From positions 28,150,001-28,214,000 of the forward strand of contig NW_024704743.1 of the NCBI RefSeq assembly GCF_018977255.1: a DNA stretch of 64,000 nucleotides, given 5' to 3'. Positions 28,365 through 39,720 of this stretch are shown here, in pieces; the first letter of the stretch is position 1, and each line of letters opens with the position of its first letter. The notes under the pieces were generated by a model that did no database searches, was not told the DNA's origin, and saw only the letters and a list, made by a program, of their open reading frames with translations. The DNA comes from Callorhinchus milii. Its lineage: Eukaryota. The translations under genes and the position numbers were made by a program.

Positions 28365-28920
28365 TTTAAGCAGGATTTCCTTGGAGCTGAACTGGCAGTC
28401 TGTGTGGTGGTCTCGGTACAGCGGTTCCTGAGCCAGGCGGGTCTGCCCTGTTCCAGGGCACTGCTGATGACAGCACAGCCAGCCAGCCTGGCGCATTGAC
28501 AGGACCTGGAATTAGCAGACCAGTCACTGGAGGCAGGGAGTCATCCCACTCAGCTCCTGCAAGCTAAAGCCCTAATGGGTAGTAGACTTGTCCTATCTGG
28601 ACAAGCAGCGGGAAAGCTTGCCAGACAGCAATATCAATGGCAATCTTTGTGGTTTTAGTTGGTTTGACTACAGCAGTTACCCCAACACACACTCTGGGGT
28701 TCCCAAGCCTTGGCTCTTGCCAACCTGGACCTAATACGTTCCCGAATTAGTTAAGCAGGACCCGTCCCTCCAGCGAGACAGTGCACATTCCATTCCAATA
28801 AATATTTATGGGGTTTCCAGGTGTAGGTGGGAGGTGTGGAAATCTCTGTTCCGTTTGGATACTCTTTAGCATTGTGATGGGTTTCCGCATGTGTCAGACA
28901 CCCGTCTGACCGACAAAAAA
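28365..28920 (+). mobile_element. Unclassified retroposon (556 bp) inserted into the minisatellite
   Basis: Flanked by CAGTC direct repeats (28360-28364 and 28921-28925) and ends in a short A tail. Homologous copies at about 39215-39720 and 27860-27997. Confidence 0.75.
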
Positions 28921-30180
28921 CAGTCAATAACAAGAGCGTGCTGACATCACCAGTCAATAACAAGAGGGTGTTGACATCACCAGTCAATAACAAGAGGGTG
29001 TTGACATCACCAGTCAATAACAAGAGCGTGCTGACATCACCAGTCAATAACAAGAGCGTGCTGACATCACCAGTCAATAACAAGAGCGTGCTGACATAAC
29101 CAGTCAATAACAAGAGCGTGCTGACATCACCAGTCAATAACAAGAGGGTGTTGACATCACCAGTCAATAACAAGAGGGTGTTGACATCACCAGTCAATAA
29201 CAAGAGCGTGCTGACATCACCAGTCAATAACAAGAGCGTGCTGACATCACCAGTCAATAACAAGAGCGTGCTGACATAACCAGTCAATAACAAGAGCGTG
29301 CTGACATCACCAGTCAATAACAAGAGCGTGCTGACATCACCAGTCAATAACAAGAGGGTGTTGACATCACCAGTCAATAACAAGAGGGTGTTGACATCAC
29401 CAGTCAATAACAAGAGCGTGCTGACATCACCAGTCAATAACAAGAGCGTGCTGACATCACCAGTCAATAACAAGAGCGTGCTGACATCACCAGTCAATAA
29501 CAAGAGCGTGCTGACATCACCAGTCAATAACAAGAGCGTGCTGACATCACCAGTCAATAACAAGAGCGTGCTGACATCACCAGTCAATAACAAGAGCGTG
29601 CTGACATCACCAGTCAATAACAAGAGCGTGCTGACATCACCAGTCAATAACAAGAGCGTGCTGACATCACCAGTCAATAACAAGAGCGTGCTGACATCAC
29701 CAGTCAATAACAAGAGCGTGCTGACATCACCAGTCAATAACAAGAGCGTGCTGACATCACCAGTCAATAACAAGAGCGTGCTGACATCACCAGTCAATAA
29801 CAAGAGGGTGCTGACATCACCAGTCAATAACAAGGGCGTGCTGACATCACCAGTCAATAACAAGAGCGTGCTGACATCACCAGTCAATAACAAGAGCGTG
29901 CTGACATCACCAGTCAATAACAAGAGCGTGCTGACATCACCAGTCAATAACAAGAGCGTGCTGACATCACCAGTCAATAACAAGAGCGTGCTGACATCAC
30001 CAGTCAATAACAAGAGCGTGCTGACATCACCAGTCAATAACAAGAGCGTGCTGACATCACCAGCCAATAACAAGAGGGTGCTGACATCACCAGCCAATAA
30101 CAAGAGCGTGCTGACGTCACCAGCCGATTACACGAACGCGATGACGTCACTAGCCAACAACACACGTGTGCTGACGTCAC
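28921..30180 (+). repeat. 30-bp minisatellite, 42 units (consensus CAGTCAATAACAAGAGCGTGCTGACATCAC)
   Basis: Exact 30-nt periodicity, two units per 60-nt line: 38 near-identical units plus 4 promoter-proximal variant units. Confidence 0.98.
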
Positions 30181-30290
30181 TGCGGAGGGAGGCCGCCGCC
30201 ATCTTGGCGGTTCAGCGGCGGCTGCGGGTCTCGGGTTTGTCAGTTACTACACTCCCCTCCCCCCACACCCCCCTTCCCCCCCCCCGCACC
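30061..30290 (+). promoter_or_regulatory. CpG-rich RPRD1 core promoter / 5'UTR with 3 CRE, 2 CCAAT, 1 E-box and a YY1 motif
   Basis: TGACGTCA at 30112, 30142 and 30172; CCAAT at 30064 and 30094; CACGTG at 30163; GCCGCCATCTTG (reverse complement of the YY1 motif CAAGATGGCGGC) at 30195-30206. CpG-dense relative to the rest of the window. Confidence 0.8.
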
Positions 30291-30441
30291 ATGTCCGCCT
30301 TCTCCGAGGCTGCTCTGGAGAAGAAACTGCTGGAGCTAAGCAACTCCCAGCAGAGCGTCCAGACCCTGTCCCTGTGGCTCATCCACCACCGCAAACACTC
30401 CAAGATCATCGTCCTGGTCTGGCACCGCGAGCTCCGCAAAG
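30291..30441 (+). CDS. RPRD1A: RPRD1-family CID protein, coding exon 1 (MSAFSEAALEKKLLELSNSQQSVQTLSLWLIHHRKHSKIIVLVWHRELRK)
   Basis: Kozak-like gcaccATGt start. Translation matches the RPRD1A/B N-terminus (MSAFSEAA is the RPRD1A form). Donor G|gtaaga at 30442; 151 nt, phase 1. Confidence 0.93.
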
Positions 30442-30496
30442 GTAAGAGAGAGACTGAGACACACACACACACACACAGGGAAGGAGAGGACAGGGA

Positions 30497-33212
30497 GAGA
30501 CTGACACACAGAGAGAGTGAGAGACTGGCCTCAGAGAGAGAGCCTGGCCTCAGAGAGTGAGAGACTGGCCTCAGAGAGAGAGAGAGAGACTGGCCTCAGA
30601 AAGAGAGAGTGAGAGACTGGCCTCAGAGAGAGAGAGAGAGAGACTGGCCTCAGAAAGAGAGAGTGAGAGACTGGCCTCAGAGAGAGAGAGAGAGAGACTG
30701 GCCTCAGAGAGAGAGAGACTGGCCTCAGAGAGTGAGAGACTGGCCTCAGAGAGAGAGAGACTGGCCTCAGAGAGAGAGAGAGAGAGCCTGGCCTCAGAGA
30801 GAGAGTGAGAGACTGGCCTCAGAGAGAGAGAGTGAGAGACTGGCCTCAGAGAGAGAGAGACTGGCCTCAGAGAGAGAGAGTGAGAGACTGGCCTCAGAGA
30901 GAGAGAGACTGGCCTCAGAGAGAGAGAGTGAGAGACTGGCCTCAGAGAGAGAGACTGGCCTCAGAGAGAGAGAGTGAGAGACTGGCCTCAGAGAGTGAGA
31001 GACTGGCCTCAGAGAGTGAGAGACTGGCCTCAGAGAGTGAGAGTGAGAGACTGGCCTCAGAGAGAGAGAGTGAGAGACTGGCCTCAGAGAGAGAGAGTGA
31101 GAGACTGGCCTCAGAGAGTGAGAGACTGGCCTCAGAGAGTGAGAGACTGGCCTCAGAGAGTGAGAGTGAGAGACTGGCCTCAGAGAGTGAGAGACTGGCC
31201 TCAGAGAGAGAGAGTGAGAGACTGGCCTCAGAGAGAGTGAGAGACTGGCCTCAGAGAGAGAGAGTGAGAGCCTGGCCTCAGAGAGAGAGAGTGAGAGACT
31301 GGCCTCAGAGAGAGTGAGAGACTGGCCTCAGAGAGAGAGGGTGAGAGACTGGCCTCAGAGAGTGAGAGACTGGCCTCAGAGAGAGTGAGAGACTGGCCTC
31401 AGAGAGAGAGAGTGAGAGACTGGCCTCAGAGAGTGAGAGACTGGCCTCAGAGAGTGAGAGACTGGCCTCAGAGAGTGAGAGCCTGGCCTCAGAGAGAGAG
31501 AGAGACTGGCCTCAGAGAGAGAGGGTGAGAGACTGGCCTCAGAGAGTGAGAGACTGGCCTCAGAGAGAGTGAGAGACTGGCCTCAGAGAGAGAGAGTGAG
31601 AGCCTGGCCTCAGAAAGAGAGAGTGAGAGACTGGCCTCAGAGAGAGAGAGTGAGAGACTGGCCTCAGAGAGTGAGAGACTGGCCTCAGAGAGTGAGAGAC
31701 TGGCCTCAGAGAGTGAGAGCCTGGCCTCAGAGAGAGAGAGAGACTGGCCTCAGAGAGAGAGACTGGCCTCAGAGAGAGAGAGTGAGAGCCTGGCCTCAGA
31801 AAGAGAGAGTGAGAGACTGGTCTCAGAGAGAGAGAGTGAGAGACTGGCCTCAGAGAGTGAGAGACTGGCCTCAGAGAGAGAGAGAGACTGGCCTCAGAGA
31901 GTGAGAGCCTGGCCTCAGAGAGTGAGAGTGAGAGACTGGCCTCAGAGAGAGAGACTGGCCTCAGAGAGAGAGACTGGCCTCAGAGAGAGTGAGAGACTGG
32001 CCTCAGAGAGAGAGACTGGCCTCAGAAAGAGAGAGTGAGAGACTGGCCTCAGAGAGTGAGAGTGAGAGACTGGTCTCAGAGAGAGAGAGTGAGAGACTGG
32101 CCTCAGAGAGTGAGAGCCTGGCCTCAGAGAGTGAGAGTGAGAGACTGGACTCAGAGAGAGAGACTGGCCTCAGAAAGAGAGAGTGAGAGACTGGCCTCAG
32201 AGAGTGAGAGTGAGAGACTGGTCTCAGAGAGAGAGAGTGAGAGACTGGCCTCAGAGAGAGAGACTGGCCTCAGAGAGAGCGACTAGCCTCAGAGAGAGAG
32301 ACTGGCCTCAGAAAGAGAGAGTGAGAGACTGGCCTCAGAGAGTGAGAGACTGGCCTCAGAGAGAGAGAGACTGGCCTCAGAGAGAGAGAGTGAGAGACTG
32401 GCCTCAGAGAGAGAGTGAGACTGGCCTCAGAGAGAGAGAGAGCCTGGCCTCAGAGAGAGAGACTGGCCTCAGAGTGAGAGACTGGCCTCAGAGAGAGAGA
32501 GAGCCTGGCCTCAGAGAGAGTGAGAGCCTGGCCTCAGAGAGAGAGACTGGCCTCAGAGAGAGAGCCTGGCCTCAGAGAGAGAGAGTGAGAGACTGGCCTC
32601 AGAGAGTGAGAGACTGGCCTCAGAGAGAGAGAGAGAGAGCCTGGCCTCAGAGAGAGAGAGAGCCTGGCCTCAGAGAGAGAGACTGGCCTCAGAGAGAGAG
32701 AGAGAGAGAGAGCCTGGCCTCAGAGAGAGAGAGTGAGAGACTGGCCTCAGAGAGAGAGAGTGAGAGACTGGCCTCAGAGAGAGAGAGCCTGGCCTCAGAG
32801 AGAGAGAGAGCCTGGCCTCAGAGAGAGAGAGAGCCTGGCCTCAGAGAGAGTGAGAGCCTGGCCTCAGAGAGAGTGAGAGCCTGGCCTCAGAGAGAGAGAC
32901 TGGCCTCAGAGAGAGAGAGACTGGCCTCAGAGAGAGAGAGTGAGAGACTGGCCTCAGAGAGAGAGAGACTGGCCTCAGAGAGAGAGAGTGAGAGACTGGC
33001 CTCAGAGAGAGAGAGACTGGCCTCAGAGAGAGAGAGTGAGAGACTGGCCTCAGAGAGAGAGAGAGAGAGAGACTGGCCTCAGAGAGAGAGAGTGAGAGAC
33101 TGGCCTCAGAGAGAGAGAGACTGGCCTCAGAGAGAGAGAGAGAGAGAGCCTGGCCTCAGAGAGAGTGAGAGACTGGCCTCAGAGAGAGCGAGAGAGAGAC
33201 TGACTTCAGAGC
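30497..33212 (+). repeat. Compound satellite in intron 1: core (GA/GC)CTGGCCTCA separated by variable (GA)n[GT(GA)n] tracts
   Basis: About 2.7 kb of about 19-33 nt units, directly visible. Explains all RDWPQRE/ERLASE ORFs. Confidence 0.97.
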
Positions 33213-34569
33213 AGAGAAAGAGGGATCCTGGCCCTAAAGCAGAGAGCACCTGGCCTGAGCCACGGTGTTTGCTGCTTTATCCAGTGCCTGTGCAGCCTCG
33301 GGATCCAACTAGTCAACTGGACGGTCAGGTCCACTGTAATTCTCGCTATGAGAGATAATCAGAGGGCACCATGTTATTACAATAACAGGATATTAACACA
33401 GCATCTCCGTCTTATTGTGATCAGTGATATACAGGATCACTGCATCCTTGTTACTATTATAATATCGACAATGGTCCTCATATCACTGAACTATCAGCAA
33501 TTAACCTACTGTTATATCAATGCTTCATATTCATGTTAATCACGTACTATATTTGTGTAAGCAATGCAGTGTTATTGCAATATTCATAATGCATGGTTAC
33601 TATAATGCTAGTGGTCCTTGTAAAATTGACAGTGCACAGTATTATCACCATTATCACCAGTATTATTACTGTTTCAGGCTTATTACTCTATTGGACTGCA
33701 TTCTTGCCAGGATCTCGGTTTTGCACCATGCCGATCACAATAAAATAGAATAACAATTTTGTTGTAGTGGGCATTCTCCTGGAAAATAATCTTGTTTACT
33801 GTTAGACTATTCCTGTGCAGCCTTTCTCCAATTTTTGTTACTTCTGCATTAAGGTAATTTCTTTTTAAGCTTTCCTCATTTTCACACAGTCACTCACGAT
33901 CTAGGCTGACACTCCAGTGCAGTGCAGTAGGTGTGCTTAATTGTTGGACGTACTCTCCTTCAGATGAGACTTTAAACTGAGGACCCTGTCAGGTGGACGC
34001 GAAAGATTCCATTGCACTATTCAAAAAGGGCAGAGAGTTTTTTCCACTGTCCTGGCCAACATTTCCCAGATAAAATTGGTCACTCACTTCATGGCTGTTT
34101 GTGGGACATTGGTGTGTGCAAATTTACTGTTGCATTCACGTACACATACACAGTCATTGCACTTCACAGTAAAATCTTGTGAAGCACTTTGAGACATCTT
34201 GACAATGTGGTAAGGTGCCATATCAAATGCAAGGATTATTATTGTATATTTAAGCCATGGCAGAAAGGTATTTGCCTCAAGGCATCACATTATACTACAC
34301 TGAAGACATGGATAAGTCTTGTGATGTTAAAACCCAAATTGGCTTCTGATTATACAAGGCTTCAACTTTTCATCGCTCAATAGGTCAACATATGTACCAG
34401 ATTTGCTTAAACCCTTTTTCTCAGATACCATTGTTCTATTGGTCTACATTTCTGCTCAAATCTATGTCTTTTAGTGTTTGGAGTGTGCCATTTTGTAATT
34501 TTGGTATTCTAATGCTGCAAGTAGATGATTACTGATGAGAAAAATTAATATTGTTTGAGCCTTGAGGTG

Positions 34570-36230
34570 TAAGCCTGAATTAGTTGGCACTCTCGACTGT
34601 CAGAAAGTTCTAGGTTCAAGCCCCACATCAGGACTGGTAGTATATATAGTCTAGGCTGATACTCCAGTGGAGTGCTTGGGAGTGGTGTCCTTCACATGAG
34701 ACTTCAACCTATGTCATGTCTGCCTGCCCAGGTGGACGTGACCTGGTTGACGTCAATAAACCAAAGCTCTCCTGATTGGCTTCCGTCAGCGCCTCCACAC
34801 TTCAGGCACTGGCAGCATTACCATCCGTGGATGCACACACCACCTCACTGGCGTCTTGTTGGAATGCTCACCTATCCTTTCTACCCCACATCCGTGCCAT
34901 GACCCGCTCTGCCATCCTCCCCACTCCAGAACATCACGCAGCTCCGCCACTGCCTCTCCGCTCAGGCTGCTGAAACCCTCATCCATGCGTTTATTACATC
35001 CAGGGCAGCTCTGCTTGTTGGCGTTCCCGACTCTTCCCTCCACAAGCTACAGATCATTCAGAACTCTGCAGCTCGTGCCCTCTCCCGCACCAGACTCCGT
35101 GATCCTACCCCGCCCACCCACGCCTGGCTCCAACAGCTTCCCATCCCCCAGAGTATTGAGTTCAGAATCCTCGTCCTCGCCTTCAAAACACTCCACAGCT
35201 TTACTCCTTCCTACATGTGTGATCTGTGAACTCCTTATGCCATACCAGCCTGTCTGTTCTCTCCTCTCGGCAGGCTCCGAGTCTTCCATGGCCCCTCCCA
35301 GCCCATCCCACCATCGGCGTTCAGGCCTTCAGCATCTCTACCCTCACCTTTGGGATTCCATTCCACATTCCCTTTGTTTTGCTCCCTTCCTTGCCTCCGT
35401 CAAGGCACGTCTCAAGACCCCCCACTTCGACTGCATATTTGGCCACCCTCCTACCCCTACCCTCCTTGCTTTCGACCCTTGATTGGGTTCAAATCCCTGA
35501 AGTCCAGCACCTTGGGACGTCTTCACGGCGTGAAAGGCACTATACAATTGTAATTTGTTGTTGCTGTTAGGTGGAACTTAAAGATCCCAATGTCCTGCCA
35601 TTAATCCCTTAGATAAAATTGCTCATTTGCTTCATGGCTGTTTGTGGGATGTCACTGTGCGCAAATTAGCTTCCACATTTACCTGTACAATAAGCACCCA
35701 TTACACTTTAAAGCAAATCCTGTGAAGCGTTTTAGTAATAATAATCCTTGCATTTGGCATAGCGCCTTATCACGTCTTCGAGAAGTGTCAAGCATTTCGA
35801 AGGTATACTGTAAAGTGAATTGACTGTATATTTTGTGGGCATATTTTGCACTTGGCATGGCGCCTTATCACATCTTTGAGTCCTCTCAAAGCACTTCATA
35901 GAATATACTGGAAAGTGAATTGACGAGATGTGGTGGGCGTAACGCCGCAGCCAATTGCACACAGCAATATCCCATAATGACCAAATTATTATTATTTTGG
36001 AAGGGATTAAAACCCCGGAAGATCGATCTACCCATCGTTTAACAATCAGGTTTCTACTTGTTGTGGAACAGAGAGAGATGTGTGGAGTAAAGAAACTTGT
36101 ATAGCATTTCGCCCTGCCCAGGAATCAAACCCAGATCCTGTCACTTGCGAGGCAAGTACTCAAACCAATGGAGGAATTCACGCTTTGAGGTGTCCTGATG
36201 TGAAAGGTGTAAAGATTAAATGCAATGTTT
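34570..36230 (+). mobile_element. Older SacSINE1-like DeuSINE interrupted by an L2 fragment (34737-35568, +) and a younger SINE (35732-36172, -)
   Basis: Host segments 34570-34736, 35569-35731 and 36181-36230 join into one SINE. AGGTGGA is duplicated around the L2 piece. Confidence 0.8.
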
Positions 36231-37639
36231 ATCGTATTCAATGAGTCTTGATTTGCGATCAGAATTTAATAGCTGCATCCGGGTTGAGAACTCAATAGCT
36301 CTTCCTAAGGGACAAAAATGTTACTTGGACTTTGAGAATCTTAGCTGGAAAAAAAATCTTTTCTTATTCTTTCTCCATTTTTTGTTAATAATTTTCGCTT
36401 TTATTCTCCTTTCTGTTAAATAGTTTGTTGCATCTTCATTGGCCTCAATGTTTGGTTTTTCTACCAATAGTCAGACTCACAGGCAGTGAATGCACATAAT
36501 TGTAAACACTAGCAGAATTAAAAAAAATCTCGACGAGGCTTAAAAATGATGCTCTCAAAATACAGGATAGGAAAATTGACACTCCTGAGACCATGAAATA
36601 AAAAACAACTGATTGAACAATTCAGTAGATGGGCATATTCATAGGAGGTTATTTTTAAAAACAATTGCCCAGATAAAATAAATTGAAGAAAATTTCACCG
36701 ATAGTTTGGACAAGAAAGGGTGGATAAAAATATGATACTGTGTACACCTTGCATTATTTAAGCTGGTTATATGGTGCGTTTTTGCATATACAGTATGAAC
36801 ACATCCAAGTGTGAATTTTACTGAGCATGTTCCCTAAGGCCCTTTCAAACCTGCTTAATAATATATAAAAAACAAAAGCCCGATTAGAATGCCCATACTT
36901 TTTTTTCTGACAAGATTAAAATGATGTAGACTCAGGTGCAGTATATATATACTCCAGGCAGTATAATTGTAGCATAAATTTATTTTCCGGTTTACATGTT
37001 TTTGGGATATAAAGAAGATTAGTGATGAGCACCTTGTAATGTTGATGCAGCATGGACATTTTTCCCCTTAGGCTGGAGGACTACTAACTTAGTGTTTAGT
37101 AAGTTACAAGTACTGCAGCCTTTGAGTCAGAAGATTCTGGGATCAAAACTCATACTGGGACTTTGAGCTCAAATTCCAGTGCTGGGGGAGGGGGTGGGGT
37201 GCTGTTTTGTTGGAGGTGCTCTCCTCGAGATGAGAAATTAAACTGATCTTCTCCCAGTGGTGTGACCAACAATCCTTTGCAGATTAATTATTCATTCACC
37301 TCATGGCTGTTTATGGGGCCTCGCAATGTACAGAATAGCTACCACGTTCGCCTGCTAAAAACAGTCACTAGAAGACGAGCATTGACATTTCATTATGTAA
37401 GGCACTATATAGGTTTGTTCACTTATGTAAACTGATCGGTAATCAAGTGGTAGTGAAGGTTTCCACGTTGATTTCTAGGCAGTTGAACCTCAGCACAATT
37501 TCCACAAAGTGTTGGCAACTTCGGTCCTGTTCGAAATTCACTGGTCGTGACGCAGTACTATTTGTCGTTCTGAGACAATTCGGGCTTTTGTCAAAGATTT
37601 TTAAACGGTACCTACCTTTTAAAGCATAGAATGGTATTA

Positions 37640-38960
37640 GAATCATAGAATTGTACAGCACAGAAGGAGGCCATTCGGCCCATTGTGTCTGTGTCGGCTC
37701 TTTGAAAAGAGCCATCCAATTCAATCCCACTCCCCCGCTCTCTCCCCACAGCCCTGCAAATAATTATCTGCTTCTCTCTTAAAAGTTGTTATTGAAATCG
37801 GCTTCTACCATCCTTTCAGGCAGTGCATTCCAGATCCGAACAATTCGCTGCGTGAAAAAAATTCTCCTCACCGCCCCCCTCTGTTTCTTTTAACAACTAT
37901 TTTAAATCAGTGCCCTTGGGATAATCAGTGGAAATAGTTTCTCCTTCTTTACCCTACTGAATCCCCTCATAATTTTGAAAACTTCTATTGTCTCCTCTGC
38001 TCCAAGGAGAATAATCCTAGCTTCTCTCTCCTCTCCCCTTAACTGAAGTCCCTCATTCCTGGTATTTTCCTGGTAAATCTCCTTTGCACCCTCTCCAATG
38101 CCTTGACATAAAGTGTGGGGCCCAGAACTGAACACAGCTAAGGCCAAATATCTGTTTCATAAAGGTTCATCTTTTCTATGCTATGCCCCTATTTATAAAG
38201 CCTAGCAACCCTTATGCTTTCTAACCGCTTTATCTACCTGTCCTGCCACCTTCAAAGATGTATTTATATGAACCCCCAGGTCTCTCTGTTCCTTCACCCC
38301 CTTTAAGACTGTACCATCTAACTCCAGTGGTTAGAGTGCTCTAATCACTGGAGTCCTGTAGCTCAGTGGTTAGAGCACTCGCCTCGCAAGAGAGAGACCT
38401 GGGTTAGTTTCCTGGCAGGGCGAAGCCTTGGGCAAGTTTCCTTACTCCACGTGCCTCATAATAATCCCTCAAGAAAAAATAAATGAATAAATAATAATAA
38501 TTTGGTCGCTCAATCCACGACTGTTTGTGGAACACCTCTGTGCGCAATTGGCTGCCGTGTTTCGCCCACAAATATAGAGTCAATTCACTTTACAGTATAT
38601 TCTGTGAAGCGCTTTGAGATGTCTCCAAGACGTGAAAAGCGCTATATTAAATGCAAAGATTATTATTATTTTATATTGCCTCTCCTCATTCTTCCTCCCA
38701 AAATGCATCACTTCGCACATTAAACTTCATCTGCCACGTGTCTGCCTATTTTACCAGTCTGTCTTTGTCTATCTGCCTTCTGCGACTATCTTCCTCACTA
38801 CCTACTACTTTTCCGATCTTAGTATCATCTGCAAACTAGGAAATTGTACTCCCTGTACCCAAGTCCGGGTCATTTATGTAGATCAAAAACAGCAGTGGTC
38901 CCAATACTGACCCCTGGGGGACACCACTGCACACTTCCCTCCAGTCAGAAAAGCAACTGT
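37640..38960 (-). mobile_element. CR1-clade LINE fragment (RT region to 3' tail)
   Basis: Minus strand reads agtggtgtcccccaggggtcagtattgggacc ([11 protein letters not shown]) and tttgcagatgatactaag (FADDTK). CR1 tail at 37640-37700. Confidence 0.88.
38349..38672 (+). mobile_element. tRNA-derived DeuSINE, short form, inserted into a CR1 fragment
   Basis: ggagtcctgtagctcagtggttagagcac head and (TTA)n tail. CR1 sequence resumes on both sides. Confidence 0.85.
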
Positions 38961-39214
38961 TATTATTGAAGTTTAAGTTAGGTAAATGCAGTAAGCTTCA
39001 GTCATTGTAATGATGCATTTTAAAATGATCATATTAGATATGGTGGCCAGATTTGAAAAGAAAGGAGCTAATATTTCAGAGAATTTTTCCCACTTCAACT
39101 AATTCTAGGTTATATGTGTGTCAAATGACCAATTTGATCCTCCTGATGTGAAAGGCACTGTATCAAATGCAAGGATCATTATTAGTCATTAAAATACATG
39201 ATCATTCTCCTTAG

Positions 39215-39720
39215 AGGGCAAGTAAGTGGTGTCTCCTTGGAGTTGAACCAGCTCCAAGGTGACATGCTTCGCAATAGAAAGTCGGAATCAAGTCATCCCT
39301 CCTTGGCGTTCTCAGTAGACTGACTCCTGAGTCAGGCTCGTTCGCAGAGCTCGGGGCAGGGAGTCTTCCCACTCGCCTCCTGAAAGCCCATGCCCTAATG
39401 GGTAGGGTGGTCCTAGTTGTACAAGCATTGGCAAGTTTGTCAGACAATGTTTTCAATGGCAAGCAATGTGCATTTTGATGATTAAACTTCAACAATACCC
39501 CAAATCATACTCTGAGATCCCCAAGTCTTGACTCTTGCCAAACCTGCTCCTAATACGGTTCAGTGTTAGGTAAGCAGGGAACAGAGTGTGCATATTCCAT
39601 TGCAATAGATGGGAGTTTCCATGTGGCGGTGGAATGTATAGAACTCTGTTTGGTTTGGACACTCTTTAATCATGGTGATGAATTGCCTTATGTGTTAGTC
39701 ACCCAGCTAACAAAATAAAA
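39215..39720 (+). mobile_element. Second, diverged copy of the unclassified retroposon
   Basis: Shares ggcagggagtc.tcccactc...gccctaatgggtag, ccaag.cttg.ctcttgccaa and ctctgtt..gtttgga.actcttta with 28365-28920, with the same A-rich 3' end. Confidence 0.75.

Noticed and set aside
28751..30103. 450-aa minus-strand ORF (LLLLTGDVST)n
   Set aside because: Antisense translation of the 30-bp minisatellite, with a non-ATG start and no domain.
28921..33212. CRISPR-like appearance of the two arrays
   Set aside because: No unique spacers (head-to-tail units or simple (GA)n), no cas genes, and a vertebrate intron/exon context.
30557..33358. Cluster of RDWPQRE / ERLASE ORFs
   Set aside because: Translations of the intronic GA satellite.
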